Below, piece after piece: positions 48,532 through 58,712 of a DNA stretch of 64,000 nt. Below the pieces are notes generated by a model, which saw only the letters and a list, made by a program, of their open reading frames with translations, ran no database searches and was not told where the DNA came from. The stretch is taken from NCBI GenBank assembly GCA_036339735.1, contig JAYZAL010000088.1, positions 56,286 through 120,285 on the forward strand, in the 5' to 3' direction. The stretch comes from Candidatus Poribacteria bacterium. GTDB lineage: Bacteria > Poribacteria > WGA-4E > UBA9662. Numbering within the stretch: position 1 is the first letter of the stretch; each line of letters starts with the position of its first letter. Both the position numbers and the translations under genes were made by a program.

Positions 48532-49557
48532 TTAAAAAGACAGATTAGACAAAACTTCACTTATCCAATCTTCTGATATTTCTTCATCATCAATTACAGT
48601 AAACCATAGTTTAGGTCTACTCTTAACAAAAGATTTCAAATTTATTAACGATTTAAACAAGTCGTCATATTTCAGGTCCATGGATTTCGGCTGGTAATCT
48701 AATCTTACATCATCCATAATTTTAGTAATTTCTTCAGCTTTATTTTCTTGTAATCGACTCATCAAGTAGATTCCCAATCCTATGATGTGTCCGTGGATAA
48801 AAGGTCGTCTAAGCCGTTCTTCTAATTCGTAAAAAAGAAAATGTTCTGAACCTTCTTCTACACGATAGTGATTAATAGGAAGACATATTGTGTTCAGTTT
48901 CATGTAACCTTGAACAATAGCAAGTATTCCGTTATCGGTAACGTCTCTTATATCGGGAATAATTTCGTATAAATCATCTATGATCCCTCGGGCTTCCTGG
49001 ATTGCAGACGTAGAAAATGGGTACTTGGATTGATTTTTACTTTCTGCATATTCCCAATCAAAACTAGCAGTATGTATAGACAATAAGTCTCCAATACCTG
49101 CAATATTCAAGGTCGCAGGTGCTGTACGAATAATATCATAATCTATGATCAAAGGATCTGGGCTAGTTTGTCCAACATATTCGATTTCGTGATTAACTCG
49201 TACACCGGCAGCAGGGGTGACAAATGCGTCGACACTAATCACAGTTGGAATTGTCACTAATCTGATGCTACGTTTCCAAGAAAAGTATTTGGCTGCATCG
49301 ACGGCTTGCCCACCACCAATCCCAACTACAGTATCACAGGGTGGTAATTTTAGAAGTTTACTATCTAGTACGCTCTGATCCACAGAATCAATAAATACAA
49401 CTTCTTCTGGAGTACCGCCAAGCAAATTTTGTGTAACTTTCCATGGAATATCCATTGTCGCAACAACGAATCTTCCGATCTCATTACCGATACCTTTTAT
49501 ACTACCAGAACCGAATCGATATGATGATACGTTCGTCTGGCCTGATATTTGCCTCAT
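48532..49557 (-). CDS. iron-containing alcohol dehydrogenase-family protein (glycerol-1-phosphate dehydrogenase/AraM-like subgroup)
   Basis: 341 aa. GIGGGQAVDAAKY NAD-binding glycine motif, a VISVD-type loop and a C-terminal HG.IIGLG. The length and motif spacing fit G1PDH-like Fe-ADH_2 better than classical Fe-ADH. Confidence 0.55.
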   Translation of the reverse strand: MRQISGQTNVSSYRFGSGSIKGIGNEIGRFVVATMDIPWKVTQNLLGGTPEEVVFIDSVDQSVLDSKLLKLPPCDTVVGIGGGQAVDAAKYFSWKRSIRLVTIPTVISVDAFVTPAAGVRVNHEIEYVGQTSPDPLIIDYDIIRTAPATLNIAGIGDLLSIHTASFDWEYAESKNQSKYPFSTSAIQEARGIIDDLYEIIPDIRDVTDNGILAIVQGYMKLNTICLPINHYRVEEGSEHFLFYELEERLRRPFIHGHIIGLGIYLMSRLQENKAEEITKIMDDVRLDYQPKSMDLKYDDLFKSLINLKSFVKSRPKLWFTVIDDEEISEDWISEVLSNLSF

Positions 49558-50065
49558 CTTGCAATCTCCCTTGTCTAGAAATTAATTATAATTTTTATTG
49601 TTAAAGTAACCTGAATTTCCACTCGATTCGCCAGCAGAATTTCTCTTTAAGTCCCCACATCATACTAAAAATGATAATTCTGGCCAAATTTCTTTGGATG
49701 ATTTTCTGAATAACTAGAAACTGGAAACTAGAACCGCTAGCTTATAAGAATTAACCAATATCAAGTATCTAGTTTGAGATAGATGTAACCATGAGTTAAT
49801 CATGATTCCTTAAATATCCTTATGGTAGGAAACATGACCGTAGGAACTACTAAGAAATCTCGGACATAAGATTTATCGACAATACATTACCCGTAGGGGT
49901 TTATAATTTTTTAGTTTATCTCATTATTCTTCTGTCGGGTGATCAAATAAATTTATCACTGAGCAATCCTCACGGTAACATCTTCTTAGATACTATCTTC
50001 GCATTCTATTTTATATTTGAATGAGTTTAGCCTTGTGATTCAATCGTTTAAATGAGGAGCAAATT

Positions 50066-50557
50066 ATGAATGTATTTTACTTGGATCATGACACAAAAAT
50101 CTGCGCTGAGTACCACAACGATAAGCATTGTGTTAGGATGGTACTTGAATATGCCCAATTATTATCAACCGCACACAGAATTATTGATCGAGATATGGCA
50201 AATAGGTTCGTCTATAAAGCAACCCACAAAAATCATCCATCTACGATTTGGGTTAGACAAAATCAGTCAAATTACGATTGGCTTTACAGCCTATTTGTTG
50301 ACTTAGCTGAAGAATATACGTATCGGTATGGGAGAAAACATTTGAGTTATAAAAAACTCAAACATATTTTAGCTTATCCACCCAACAATATAGAGGAAGG
50401 TGCTTTCACACAACCGACCCCGGCTATGCCAGATCATTGCAAAATTCCAGGAGACTCACTCTCTTCTTATCGCCGTTATTACAAGCAAAATAAAAAACAC
50501 ATTTCTAAATGGACAAAAAGGCCAATTCCTAGTTGGTTCACCGATAACGTCGTATAG
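50066..50557 (+). CDS. orphan hypothetical protein (163 aa) inside an AT-rich, low-coding island
   Basis: ORF with basic C-terminal half and no assignable motif. It is flanked by about 500 bp and 375 bp of non-coding AT-rich DNA. Confidence 0.35.
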   Translation: MNVFYLDHDTKICAEYHNDKHCVRMVLEYAQLLSTAHRIIDRDMANRFVYKATHKNHPSTIWVRQNQSNYDWLYSLFVDLAEEYTYRYGRKHLSYKKLKHILAYPPNNIEEGAFTQPTPAMPDHCKIPGDSLSSYRRYYKQNKKHISKWTKRPIPSWFTDNVV

Positions 50558-50933
50558 TCTTTTTGCCGACGATATTTCGTATAACCTCCAAAAAATTACC
50601 TAACGGTCGTTGAGATCATGTAATGATTCAGTTGACAAAAGAGTTAGTATGCACATAATCAAAGAAGATTAGAGATAACCCCAATTAATTGATTATTGTA
50701 ATTCATCAAGTAATAGATCTAGATTGTTTTACTACGAGTAGTAATATGAAAGATTGAAGTAGACAAGGTACCACTTGTAAACGCTTATGCTTAATTTTAG
50801 ATTTGATACTCAGAATAGAGATAATTCGGGTTTTCAATTATCTTTCGTGAAAAACTTGCTCATCAATGGTAATTCAATCAGACGGTTCTTTGAGAATATC
50901 GCTAGTTTTTAATTTCAATTCCGATGCACCTGC

Positions 50934-52868
50934 TCAGTTCGGAAATACGCGGTACATTGGAATGTCGAGCAGGGTACCAATGAGGCTAAAAATACTACCG
51001 CTTAAGTAGTCCCCCAGCAGCAGACCAATAAAAAATGGCATTGCTTTTCGGTATAGACGAATCCCACCGTACTGGAGAATAACCTTTTTTAGGCACCAAG
51101 ACACAAACATTGGTGTCCAAATTAGGTCCATGTTAAAACTATGACCAACTGCATAACCAATTGGATGGATCGGCCACCACAAAAAGTGAGTACGTAAAAA
51201 CATCAGAAGGAAGGTTGCTAAAATCCCACCACTGATAAAGGGTAAGCTACTGAAACCAATGTCAGTTGGAAAATCCAGCCAGTTTTGCAACTGGCGATAT
51301 GGAATCAGCCCCATGTTCGTACGCCATGAGTTGACGTACGGTGTACCTGCCCCCTTAATATAATACATTCTGAGGATATTCCAGTAAGCAGCAATAATAC
51401 CGACGATCATTGCCAATACAATAATGCCTAACATAGATCGAGTTTCTATTTTACTGACTTTGCCAATTCGAAGACCTTCCAACTGGTGTGGCATCACTGC
51501 ACAACGATAATCTAGATTAAACCATTGAAAGTAAGCCAAAATAGTTAAGTCCCTTGGATTTAGTAATCTGGAACCAGCCACATGTACGATCAATTGTGGT
51601 GGATTTATATAGGGACCAAAATTCCATATTACGCCACCTTCCGAGCGTATTCTTGTCAATCCAATCATATAAAACAGAAACAAAGATATAAAGATAATAC
51701 CCACGATTAAGCGCAAGCCGGCCAAATAGGAAAAGGTTACTAGTACCAAAATGCCAATCAATAAACCTAACCAAGTATATCGCTCGTGAATAGGCTCATC
51801 CGAAGATTGACCCGACCAGGCAATATAGAAGGTTTGAAGTAAATGTTTTCGACTGATCCACAAAGCCAAAAAAGCCAGTCCGAGCCATGCTCCAACGCCC
51901 TGCTCAAGAATGGCTGGATAACGACCAGTTGGCCCCCAAACGGATCCTCCTCCACTAATTAATGCGGCTCCCAACACTTGTTGTCCTTTGCGAAATAGAA
52001 AGAAAAACCAGCAACTAAAAGAAATTTCAAGTGGAATGAAGTAAGTCAAACCAATGACACAAGGGTGAAAAGCCACCGGCAACCAACCTACCGCATTCCA
52101 CGGCTTTTGACTAAATAAGTGTCCAATATCAAAAGGCTTGACTTTTATATAAGGAAGATACGGATAGTAATACTGCAGCGAATTATTAATTTGTATAGTA
52201 GCAGCAATTAGGAAGCCAATCCACAGGTATCGATTTCTCAAGTAATCGCCGAAACGTTTCTCCCTGAGACTCAGTTCCACAGGCAACGTAGTGATGGGGA
52301 ATGACAGCTGTTCTTGTTCTAACCATCTCTTCCGTAGAAGTACGTTAATACATAGCATGACCCACAGAAAAGAAAAGGTGAATCCACTCCAAGTCAGGAT
52401 CGGAATCAGCCATGCTTTGAGATGGTCAACACGGTAAATAGTTGAATCGCCAAGATACAGTCGTTGAATTGCATCTTTACTTTGTGGCACGAACCAACTT
52501 GGTATATTAGGTAAAAAATCCCGCCAACTATTCTCCGGAGTTTCGTACCAGAATGGATTACACAATGCTGTAACCAGAAACCCGAACATACCAATACCAT
52601 TGATGCTCATGCCGATATTAAGCATGACAAAGATAGTTAGTATTTCGGCGGCCGAAAGAGCGGAATTAGGTACAATCTTTTCTAATACTGTATTAGTCAG
52701 TATTAAGAGAAACAAGATGAAAACGGAACCGATCAGAAGTGAAGTTGAGGTGATTTCAGTCACACCCGTAACCATCTCTGAGTTCGAAACCCAAAATGAG
52801 CTAGTAATAATTAGCAAAAGACCAATCAAAATTGACCTTTTAGTTGCCTTTTGCTCAAGGGTTTTCAT
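50934..52868 (-). CDS. uncharacterised polytopic membrane protein, paralog 3 of 3
   Basis: 644 aa. YETPENSWRDFLPNIPSWFV, KPWNAVGW, VMPHQLEGLRIGK, WWPIHPIGY, LGDYLSGSIFS, ending ...YRVFPN. Divergent from the Gfo/Idh/MocA gene at 53395. Confidence 0.5.
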   Translation of the reverse strand: MKTLEQKATKRSILIGLLLIITSSFWVSNSEMVTGVTEITSTSLLIGSVFILFLLILTNTVLEKIVPNSALSAAEILTIFVMLNIGMSINGIGMFGFLVTALCNPFWYETPENSWRDFLPNIPSWFVPQSKDAIQRLYLGDSTIYRVDHLKAWLIPILTWSGFTFSFLWVMLCINVLLRKRWLEQEQLSFPITTLPVELSLREKRFGDYLRNRYLWIGFLIAATIQINNSLQYYYPYLPYIKVKPFDIGHLFSQKPWNAVGWLPVAFHPCVIGLTYFIPLEISFSCWFFFLFRKGQQVLGAALISGGGSVWGPTGRYPAILEQGVGAWLGLAFLALWISRKHLLQTFYIAWSGQSSDEPIHERYTWLGLLIGILVLVTFSYLAGLRLIVGIIFISLFLFYMIGLTRIRSEGGVIWNFGPYINPPQLIVHVAGSRLLNPRDLTILAYFQWFNLDYRCAVMPHQLEGLRIGKVSKIETRSMLGIIVLAMIVGIIAAYWNILRMYYIKGAGTPYVNSWRTNMGLIPYRQLQNWLDFPTDIGFSSLPFISGGILATFLLMFLRTHFLWWPIHPIGYAVGHSFNMDLIWTPMFVSWCLKKVILQYGGIRLYRKAMPFFIGLLLGDYLSGSIFSLIGTLLDIPMYRVFPN

Positions 52869-53394
52869 GTTTTATGTACGACCAAATAGATGCGACAACC
52901 AAGCAACCTTAGCTTAATAGGATTGTACACTTATTCCTTTTTTAATCTGCTTAAACCTATCCCGACAGTATAAATCACTTATAGCATTAATGGGAATTAT
53001 TTGATCGTAGGTCTGTGAATCCACAAATCTAAGACTTTGATTCTAAGTTCGTGAAATTTGGCCGGTTCAAAAACAATACAAGATTATCCGATGAATAGAA
53101 TACTTGGTAGATCTACATACCAACAGTACAACAATAGTCTAGTACTCTTCCGATATCGAAAGTAATACGAGATATTGAAAATCAAAGATATCTCATAACG
53201 TACTCCCATACAGAAGTTTATAACCTTTTAGGCTACCTATATTATTTAGCATTAAACCCAACTCAAGCCAATTTCTTAGGTCTTTACAGCAGCATCAGTT
53301 CTTGATAGAATCAAAATATGCGTCCTGCCAATTTGTAAACAAATTCACTACTTAGCTATCCTGTATTAACCTGCGCAACTAATAAGGATCAACT

Positions 53395-54555
53395 ATGAAA
53401 AATGAATTTTACCGTGTAGCAATTTTGGGGTGTCGTAGCCGAGGCCGAGCAGCAGCTCTAGCCTACCATGACCATCCTCGTACTAAGATTGTTGGTCTCT
53501 GTGATTTAATTCAAGACCGCCTTACTGAATTGGGAAACGAGCTTAGCATAACAGCCCAATACACAAATTTGGGTCGAATGATTGAAGAAACTAAGCCTGA
53601 TATTGTGGTAATTGCAACCGGTACAGAGTTTCACTATGATCTTTGTATGCAAGTTCTAGAATATGGGGTTCATATTGAGGTTGAAAAGCCGATGTGTGTT
53701 GACTTAGTTCAGGCTGATGAGGTAATAAGCAAAGCAGAATTAAAGAAATGCAAGATAGCGGTTCACCATCAAGGCCGCGTAGGTCCTGCAATGTTAGCTC
53801 TACAGAAGGCTATTGACCAAGAGAAAATTGGCGAAATTCGTTATCTATACGGAAGTGGTAAAGGATACTACGGTGGTTATGGACTAATGAACATTGGTAC
53901 TCATATGATAAATAACATGCTCCGGTTCACCCATCAATGCCAAAGTGTTGTCGCTCATACGACGACTAATGGTCGGTCGATTGAAACGAAAGATGTTTTA
54001 GCATCTCCAAGTGGCATGGGTACGATTACCGGAGAATATATTTCAGCCAGTTTTCAGTTTTCTAGTAATGTTACGGGAACACTTTTACAGCACCGATTTG
54101 ACAAAATGGATACCAGCGCTTACGTAATGGAAATTTACGGTTCTGAAGGGCGTTTATTCTGGAGATCCAATCAAGCTTGGTGGCTACCTCAACCTCATTA
54201 TGTTCCTGGCATGAAATGGGAACCCTTAGACCCAATTTTTCCTAAATGTTATCAGCCAGGAAATCTATCGGATGCCGACGATTTTAGTTTTGTCGATGAG
54301 TATGTACGAGCACTTGATAATGATGACCAGCATGAGTGTAGCGGTTATCAAGGCCGACATGTTTTAGAAATTATGATGGGAATCTTTGAATCGTCTACCG
54401 ATGGAACTAGAGTAAATCTGCCTCAAGTAGATCGACAACATCCACTCTTGCGCTGGAGCGCTGACAGCAGTTCAAACGAGAAGAGTGGAAATTTGGAATC
54501 GCTACCACGAGACTATCCATCATGGCTCTCAAAACTAGGAATTAATAGCTTCTAA
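53395..54555 (+). CDS. Gfo/Idh/MocA family oxidoreductase
   Basis: 386 aa. N-terminal Rossmann motif VAILGCRSRGRAAA and the EKP motif (HIEVEKPM). Confidence 0.8.
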   Translation: MKNEFYRVAILGCRSRGRAAALAYHDHPRTKIVGLCDLIQDRLTELGNELSITAQYTNLGRMIEETKPDIVVIATGTEFHYDLCMQVLEYGVHIEVEKPMCVDLVQADEVISKAELKKCKIAVHHQGRVGPAMLALQKAIDQEKIGEIRYLYGSGKGYYGGYGLMNIGTHMINNMLRFTHQCQSVVAHTTTNGRSIETKDVLASPSGMGTITGEYISASFQFSSNVTGTLLQHRFDKMDTSAYVMEIYGSEGRLFWRSNQAWWLPQPHYVPGMKWEPLDPIFPKCYQPGNLSDADDFSFVDEYVRALDNDDQHECSGYQGRHVLEIMMGIFESSTDGTRVNLPQVDRQHPLLRWSADSSSNEKSGNLESLPRDYPSWLSKLGINSF

Positions 54556-54953
54556 TTATTGAATTTAAGCACCCTTCGTAGAGAATATTAGATAAATACA
54601 GAAATAGAGTTGGGAAAACAATTCTATCAAGACTGTCACGTTCTGAAAAACAATATTAGGATCATGTATGATATAAATTTGTTTGAAGTAGGACTGGTTA
54701 CGATTGCAAACAAATTGGATCGATTATAATCCTAATTTCTATCGAAGAATTCAATTACACAATATTGCAAGTTAATTTTGGGTCTATGCTTGATCTTGCA
54801 GGAAAGACGAATAGATGGTACGATTTTGCGCTGACATCTTGTCAGTATTTCGGTCTAGGTGTGCTGGCTAAATCTTAGTATGATTTACTCATTCTCTATT
54901 TAGACCTAACTAAATTTAAAACTTTAAAAACGAAATTTTTCTGTAGGAGACTA

Positions 54954-55667
54954 ATGCACATGAAAAATAATATTATGTTGATCTTGGCAGGATTTCTATT
55001 ATTGGTCAGCACAATGACCAATATAGAAGCCGGGGTAAAAGTCCCAGGAACAATAATAGGAACAGGTACCAAAGCTTTATTAGGAGGAGACCTGACTGAT
55101 CCAGAAGATGATGGCGCACCTGAAGAAGATACAAATTACAATGCCAAATTCACCTCCAGTGATGAGCCAGGATTTGGAGGAGGAGAATTTGCCTTTAATG
55201 TATTTGATAATATACTTGGGCCAGGAAATGACAAGTGGTGTTGCGGTAAAGGTGGCATAGGAGATGGCGAAGGTATGCATATAACGGCCGAACTTGATGC
55301 TCCACATTTATTGACACATTTTACTTTATCTTCAGCCAACGACGTTCCTGATAGAGACCCTACAACTTGGGAAGTTCAAGGATCGAATGATGGCAAAAAA
55401 TTTACAACCATCTTTTCTTATGATGGCGATAACCTTTTTACTGATCGGCTTCAGGTCATTCGTTTCGATGCAGGAGAAGACTTCGATGCACAAACCACCG
55501 GGTATCGATTTTTCAGACATATCACTTTCAAAACAGCTAATTGGCCAAACGGAGCTTTCTTTCAAATTGGTGAAATTGAGTATTTTGGCACCCCAGCTGA
55601 CGATACTGCTGTGAATCCTAAGTCCAAGCTTGCAACACAGTGGGGAATATTGAAAAATAATCGGTAA
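54954..55667 (+). CDS. secreted discoidin (F5/8 type C)-like domain protein, tandem paralog 1
   Basis: 237 aa. Signal peptide, acidic linker (DLTDPEDDG), then the F5/8-C-like pattern FNVFDN...KWCCGKGG...MHITAELD...LTHFTLSSANDVPDRDPTTWEVQGSNDGKKFTT. Confidence 0.6.
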   Translation: MHMKNNIMLILAGFLLLVSTMTNIEAGVKVPGTIIGTGTKALLGGDLTDPEDDGAPEEDTNYNAKFTSSDEPGFGGGEFAFNVFDNILGPGNDKWCCGKGGIGDGEGMHITAELDAPHLLTHFTLSSANDVPDRDPTTWEVQGSNDGKKFTTIFSYDGDNLFTDRLQVIRFDAGEDFDAQTTGYRFFRHITFKTANWPNGAFFQIGEIEYFGTPADDTAVNPKSKLATQWGILKNNR

Positions 55668-55699
55668 ACCTTGTAAAACAATAGTGTTTACTATCTATA

Positions 55700-55737
55700 C
55701 AAGATTGAGGTGAAAATAACTAATCACCTCAATCTTG
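55700..55737 (+). terminator. 14-bp perfect hairpin (10-nt loop) in the spacer between the tandem discoidin paralogs
   Basis: CAAGATTGAGGTGA at 55700-55713 pairs with TCACCTCAATCTTG at 55724-55737. The trailing TCTTAGTT is only a weak U-tract, so this may be an attenuator or processing site rather than a strong terminator. Confidence 0.4.
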
Positions 55738-55786
55738 TCTTAGTTGGCACTTATTTTCAAACTTATTTTATGGGAGTCAATTACGA

Positions 55787-56470
55787 GTGAAAGTTAATAT
55801 TTCGATGTTGTTAGTGGTTTTACTATTGGTCTCTGTTGTTGATATTTCTATTGCTGAAAAGGACTTAGGTACAGGTACAGACTCACTTCTAGGAGGAGAC
55901 CTAACTGACCCAGAAGACGATGGAAAGCCAGAACAAGATAAAAATTACAATGCTAAATTTACTTCTAATGATGAACCTGGTTTCGGAGGAGGAGAATTTG
56001 CATTTAACGTATTTGATAATGTTCTTGGGCCAAGCAATGATAAATGGTGTTGTGGTAAAGGCGGTGGTGCCAAAGAAGGAATGTGGGTAACTGCAGAATT
56101 TGATAAGAAATATGCATTGACTCATTTTACCGTATCATCAGCTAATGATGTTCCTGCTAGAGATCCACTGGTATGGGAAGTTCAAGGATCAAACGATGGC
56201 AAGAAATTCACTACTATTTACTCACATGACGAGAAGAAACCCATTTGGACTCAGAGGCTTCAAGTCATCCGTTTCGACGCGGGAAAAGACTTCAAAAAGC
56301 AAACCGTCGGATACAAATTCTTCCGTCATATTACCACTGAAACTCAATCTTGGCCGAATGGAGCCTACTTCCAGATTGGTGAAATTGAATACTTTGGTGA
56401 TACGAATTTTCCAGTAGACCCTAAATCCAAACTAACAAGTTCATGGGGAAGGATCAAAAGTAATCGATAG
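55787..56470 (+). CDS. secreted discoidin (F5/8 type C)-like domain protein, tandem paralog 2
   Basis: 227 aa, about 70% identical to the upstream paralog by eye over the whole mature region (same KWCCGKGG, SSANDVPARDP, WEVQGSNDGKKFTT and QIGEIEYFG blocks). Confidence 0.6.
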   Translation: MKVNISMLLVVLLLVSVVDISIAEKDLGTGTDSLLGGDLTDPEDDGKPEQDKNYNAKFTSNDEPGFGGGEFAFNVFDNVLGPSNDKWCCGKGGGAKEGMWVTAEFDKKYALTHFTVSSANDVPARDPLVWEVQGSNDGKKFTTIYSHDEKKPIWTQRLQVIRFDAGKDFKKQTVGYKFFRHITTETQSWPNGAYFQIGEIEYFGDTNFPVDPKSKLTSSWGRIKSNR

Positions 56471-56567
56471 GCACTGCTAACTAGAGCTTGTCTAAAAACT
56501 CTGGCTGTGTCCTTCTATTGTAGGCATGGTGTCATTGTTTGTTTAATGATTAACAACTTCAGCACGG

Positions 56568-56600
56568 AAGGGACCTGTTCTATTAACGGGTCCCTTTTTT
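56568..56600 (+). terminator. rho-independent terminator downstream of the second discoidin paralog
   Basis: AAGGGACC at 56568-56575 pairs with GGTCCCTT at 56589-56596 (GC-rich 8-bp stem, 13-nt loop), running into TTTTTT at 56595-56600. Confidence 0.6.
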
Positions 56601-57545
56601 GATTCTACGAAAAGATTCTCTTAAAAGCTAAACTCACCGGATCAGATATTTGAGGAATTCGAGCAAGGTCATTTTGAGTGAAGTTAATCTGCTTGTCCCC
56701 TATCTCATTTTTAAACCACCGCGTTTGTTTTCTTCGTCTTGGTAACATTTATGTTATCTAAAACAAGAGAATGGATATTCCGATAGTTAAAGGAATAGTA
56801 TGTTGGCCCAAAAAGACACGTTAATTGGTCAGATTCAGCCTCTTCCATAGCTACTAATTAAGTCATACCAAGAGATTCTTGGTAAGGTTCCTCGAATAAA
56901 TCGAAACAATCAAATGCGATATACCTTCGAGAGTAACTCCAAATTTGGTATCCGTCCTAGTAATTCTTTCTAAAACTTCACGTGCTATGTAATCCCCTTC
57001 GGTTTAATTAGCAGGATTGTGGATCGACAAACAAAATTGACTTGAATAATTCTGGTACTTTTTATCTAATTAGAGAAAACTCAATATATTTAGGCCATGG
57101 ACCTGTTGGTGACATACGAAGATGTTTTAAATGATCCGGTGATCCATTTGGCTTATGTATGCAGTAGAACTAAGGCAACTGATTTTCATTCAGTAGACAA
57201 GCCCAATCTTTCGGATTGATTATAAGAATAATTGTGTCGCTGGTAATTGAAAGTTGATCAATGCCCGTCTAATCAGTTCCCATTATATTTTTTCCATTTG
57301 AAACACTAATTTCTTCCAGTAAATTCTCCCCCGAATCATACTTTTATCCTCATCCTCAAAAACTCTACCAGTAGCTGTCCGATTTTCAACATGATCTAGC
57401 AACGTAAAACACAAGAAAATTACAAGTTATTATAATAAATTATTTCATTCGAATATCCTCTTTGGGATTGCTGGATGAAAATAAATTTATTTCTAACATG
57501 TATCGTATTCCGGCGTTCGAAAAACTCATTTAAGTTTATGTTAAT

Positions 57546-58712
57546 TTACTTTCTAGAAAAATTCCATCTTTTGAAGATTAATCGAAAATCTTGAAGGATA
57601 CGTTTTTTACTCAGACCAAATTGAACAAGAGAATACTGGTGCCTACTTATATAGCGTGAGCTGTTCTCCATTATCTGTTTTACTTCTTGATCATAAACTG
57701 ATGAATACTCGAGATCTAATTGATGGTAGATACGTTTGATTTCGTTCCGAGGGTCATTACGAAATTCATCATAATTTAAAATTTTATACCGATTTTCTTT
57801 GTAGGCTGTGAGTTTAGTCAACGGATAGTGGTACCAATGACGAATCATTTCCATCGTGCTTTCAAAAATAGGAGTCCTATTTTTAAAGACTCCTTCATTA
57901 ACGTTAGCCAAGTGAGTACATAAGTACTGGAATACACTCAGATTAGAGGGAATTGTACTAATTGGATTACGGATAATTAAAATAAAACGAGATTCTGGCA
58001 AGAACGTCATTATAGATTCAATACGAGGACAAAAATGAGGATTTTTAGATAAAAAACTTTTGTTGGGTCCAAAAACATATAGGTGCCGACGGACGCAATT
58101 CTTGTAAAATTCCATTTGCTTTTTTCTAATACTATAAGGCACTTCCTGATCATAGTAGATATAAGGTTTAAAATCTTCCTGATAAGGAAATAAATAGATT
58201 AAGAAAAAGCTAGAAAACTGGTGAAGAAATATCGCTTCGTCTTCTTCCATGTCGAACCAAGATAACTGATGAAGTTGATGTAGGTTTTTAAACCACCAAG
58301 ACTCAAAATTCGCCATCAATTGAAAAATAGAAGAACCGAACAGACGGTCCAACCGACCTAAAAATAAGAAAATGTACTTCTGGCAAATGGCTGGAGCAAC
58401 GCATACTTCCCAAAGGCTCATACCTGTAAATTGGGCATGGTCTTTCGAAATAATTCTTTGCAGAAAAGTTGTACCGCTTCTTGGCACACCGATGATAAAG
58501 AGCGGTTTAACTTCGATCTTTTTATAACTATTAAAGAAAATATCGTCGAGATAAAAGCATATCCAGTTAAATATCTGTTGAGGTATAAACCAAATTGAGA
58601 AAAGGAAAAGTACGAATAATTGCTTAAAACGTGGCTTATTTGGTTGCCGAATTGTGTCTGAGAAAAGTTTAGACATCAAGGTTATAAAAAACCGGTAATT
58701 AAATACATTCAT
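57546..58712 (-). CDS. sulfotransferase family protein (PAPS-dependent)
   Basis: 388 aa. N-terminal TM segment, 5'-PSB motif GVPRSGTTFL and 3'-PB-like IIRNPISTIPS. Confidence 0.7.
   Translation of the reverse strand: MNVFNYRFFITLMSKLFSDTIRQPNKPRFKQLFVLFLFSIWFIPQQIFNWICFYLDDIFFNSYKKIEVKPLFIIGVPRSGTTFLQRIISKDHAQFTGMSLWEVCVAPAICQKYIFLFLGRLDRLFGSSIFQLMANFESWWFKNLHQLHQLSWFDMEEDEAIFLHQFSSFFLIYLFPYQEDFKPYIYYDQEVPYSIRKKQMEFYKNCVRRHLYVFGPNKSFLSKNPHFCPRIESIMTFLPESRFILIIRNPISTIPSNLSVFQYLCTHLANVNEGVFKNRTPIFESTMEMIRHWYHYPLTKLTAYKENRYKILNYDEFRNDPRNEIKRIYHQLDLEYSSVYDQEVKQIMENSSRYISRHQYSLVQFGLSKKRILQDFRLIFKRWNFSRK

Noticed and set aside
50066-50557. Considered a phage/DNA-repair (endonuclease V-like) origin for the 163-aa ORF
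   Set aside because: A direct comparison with the T4 endonuclease V sequence from memory shows no convincing alignment. Without a search I cannot assign a family.
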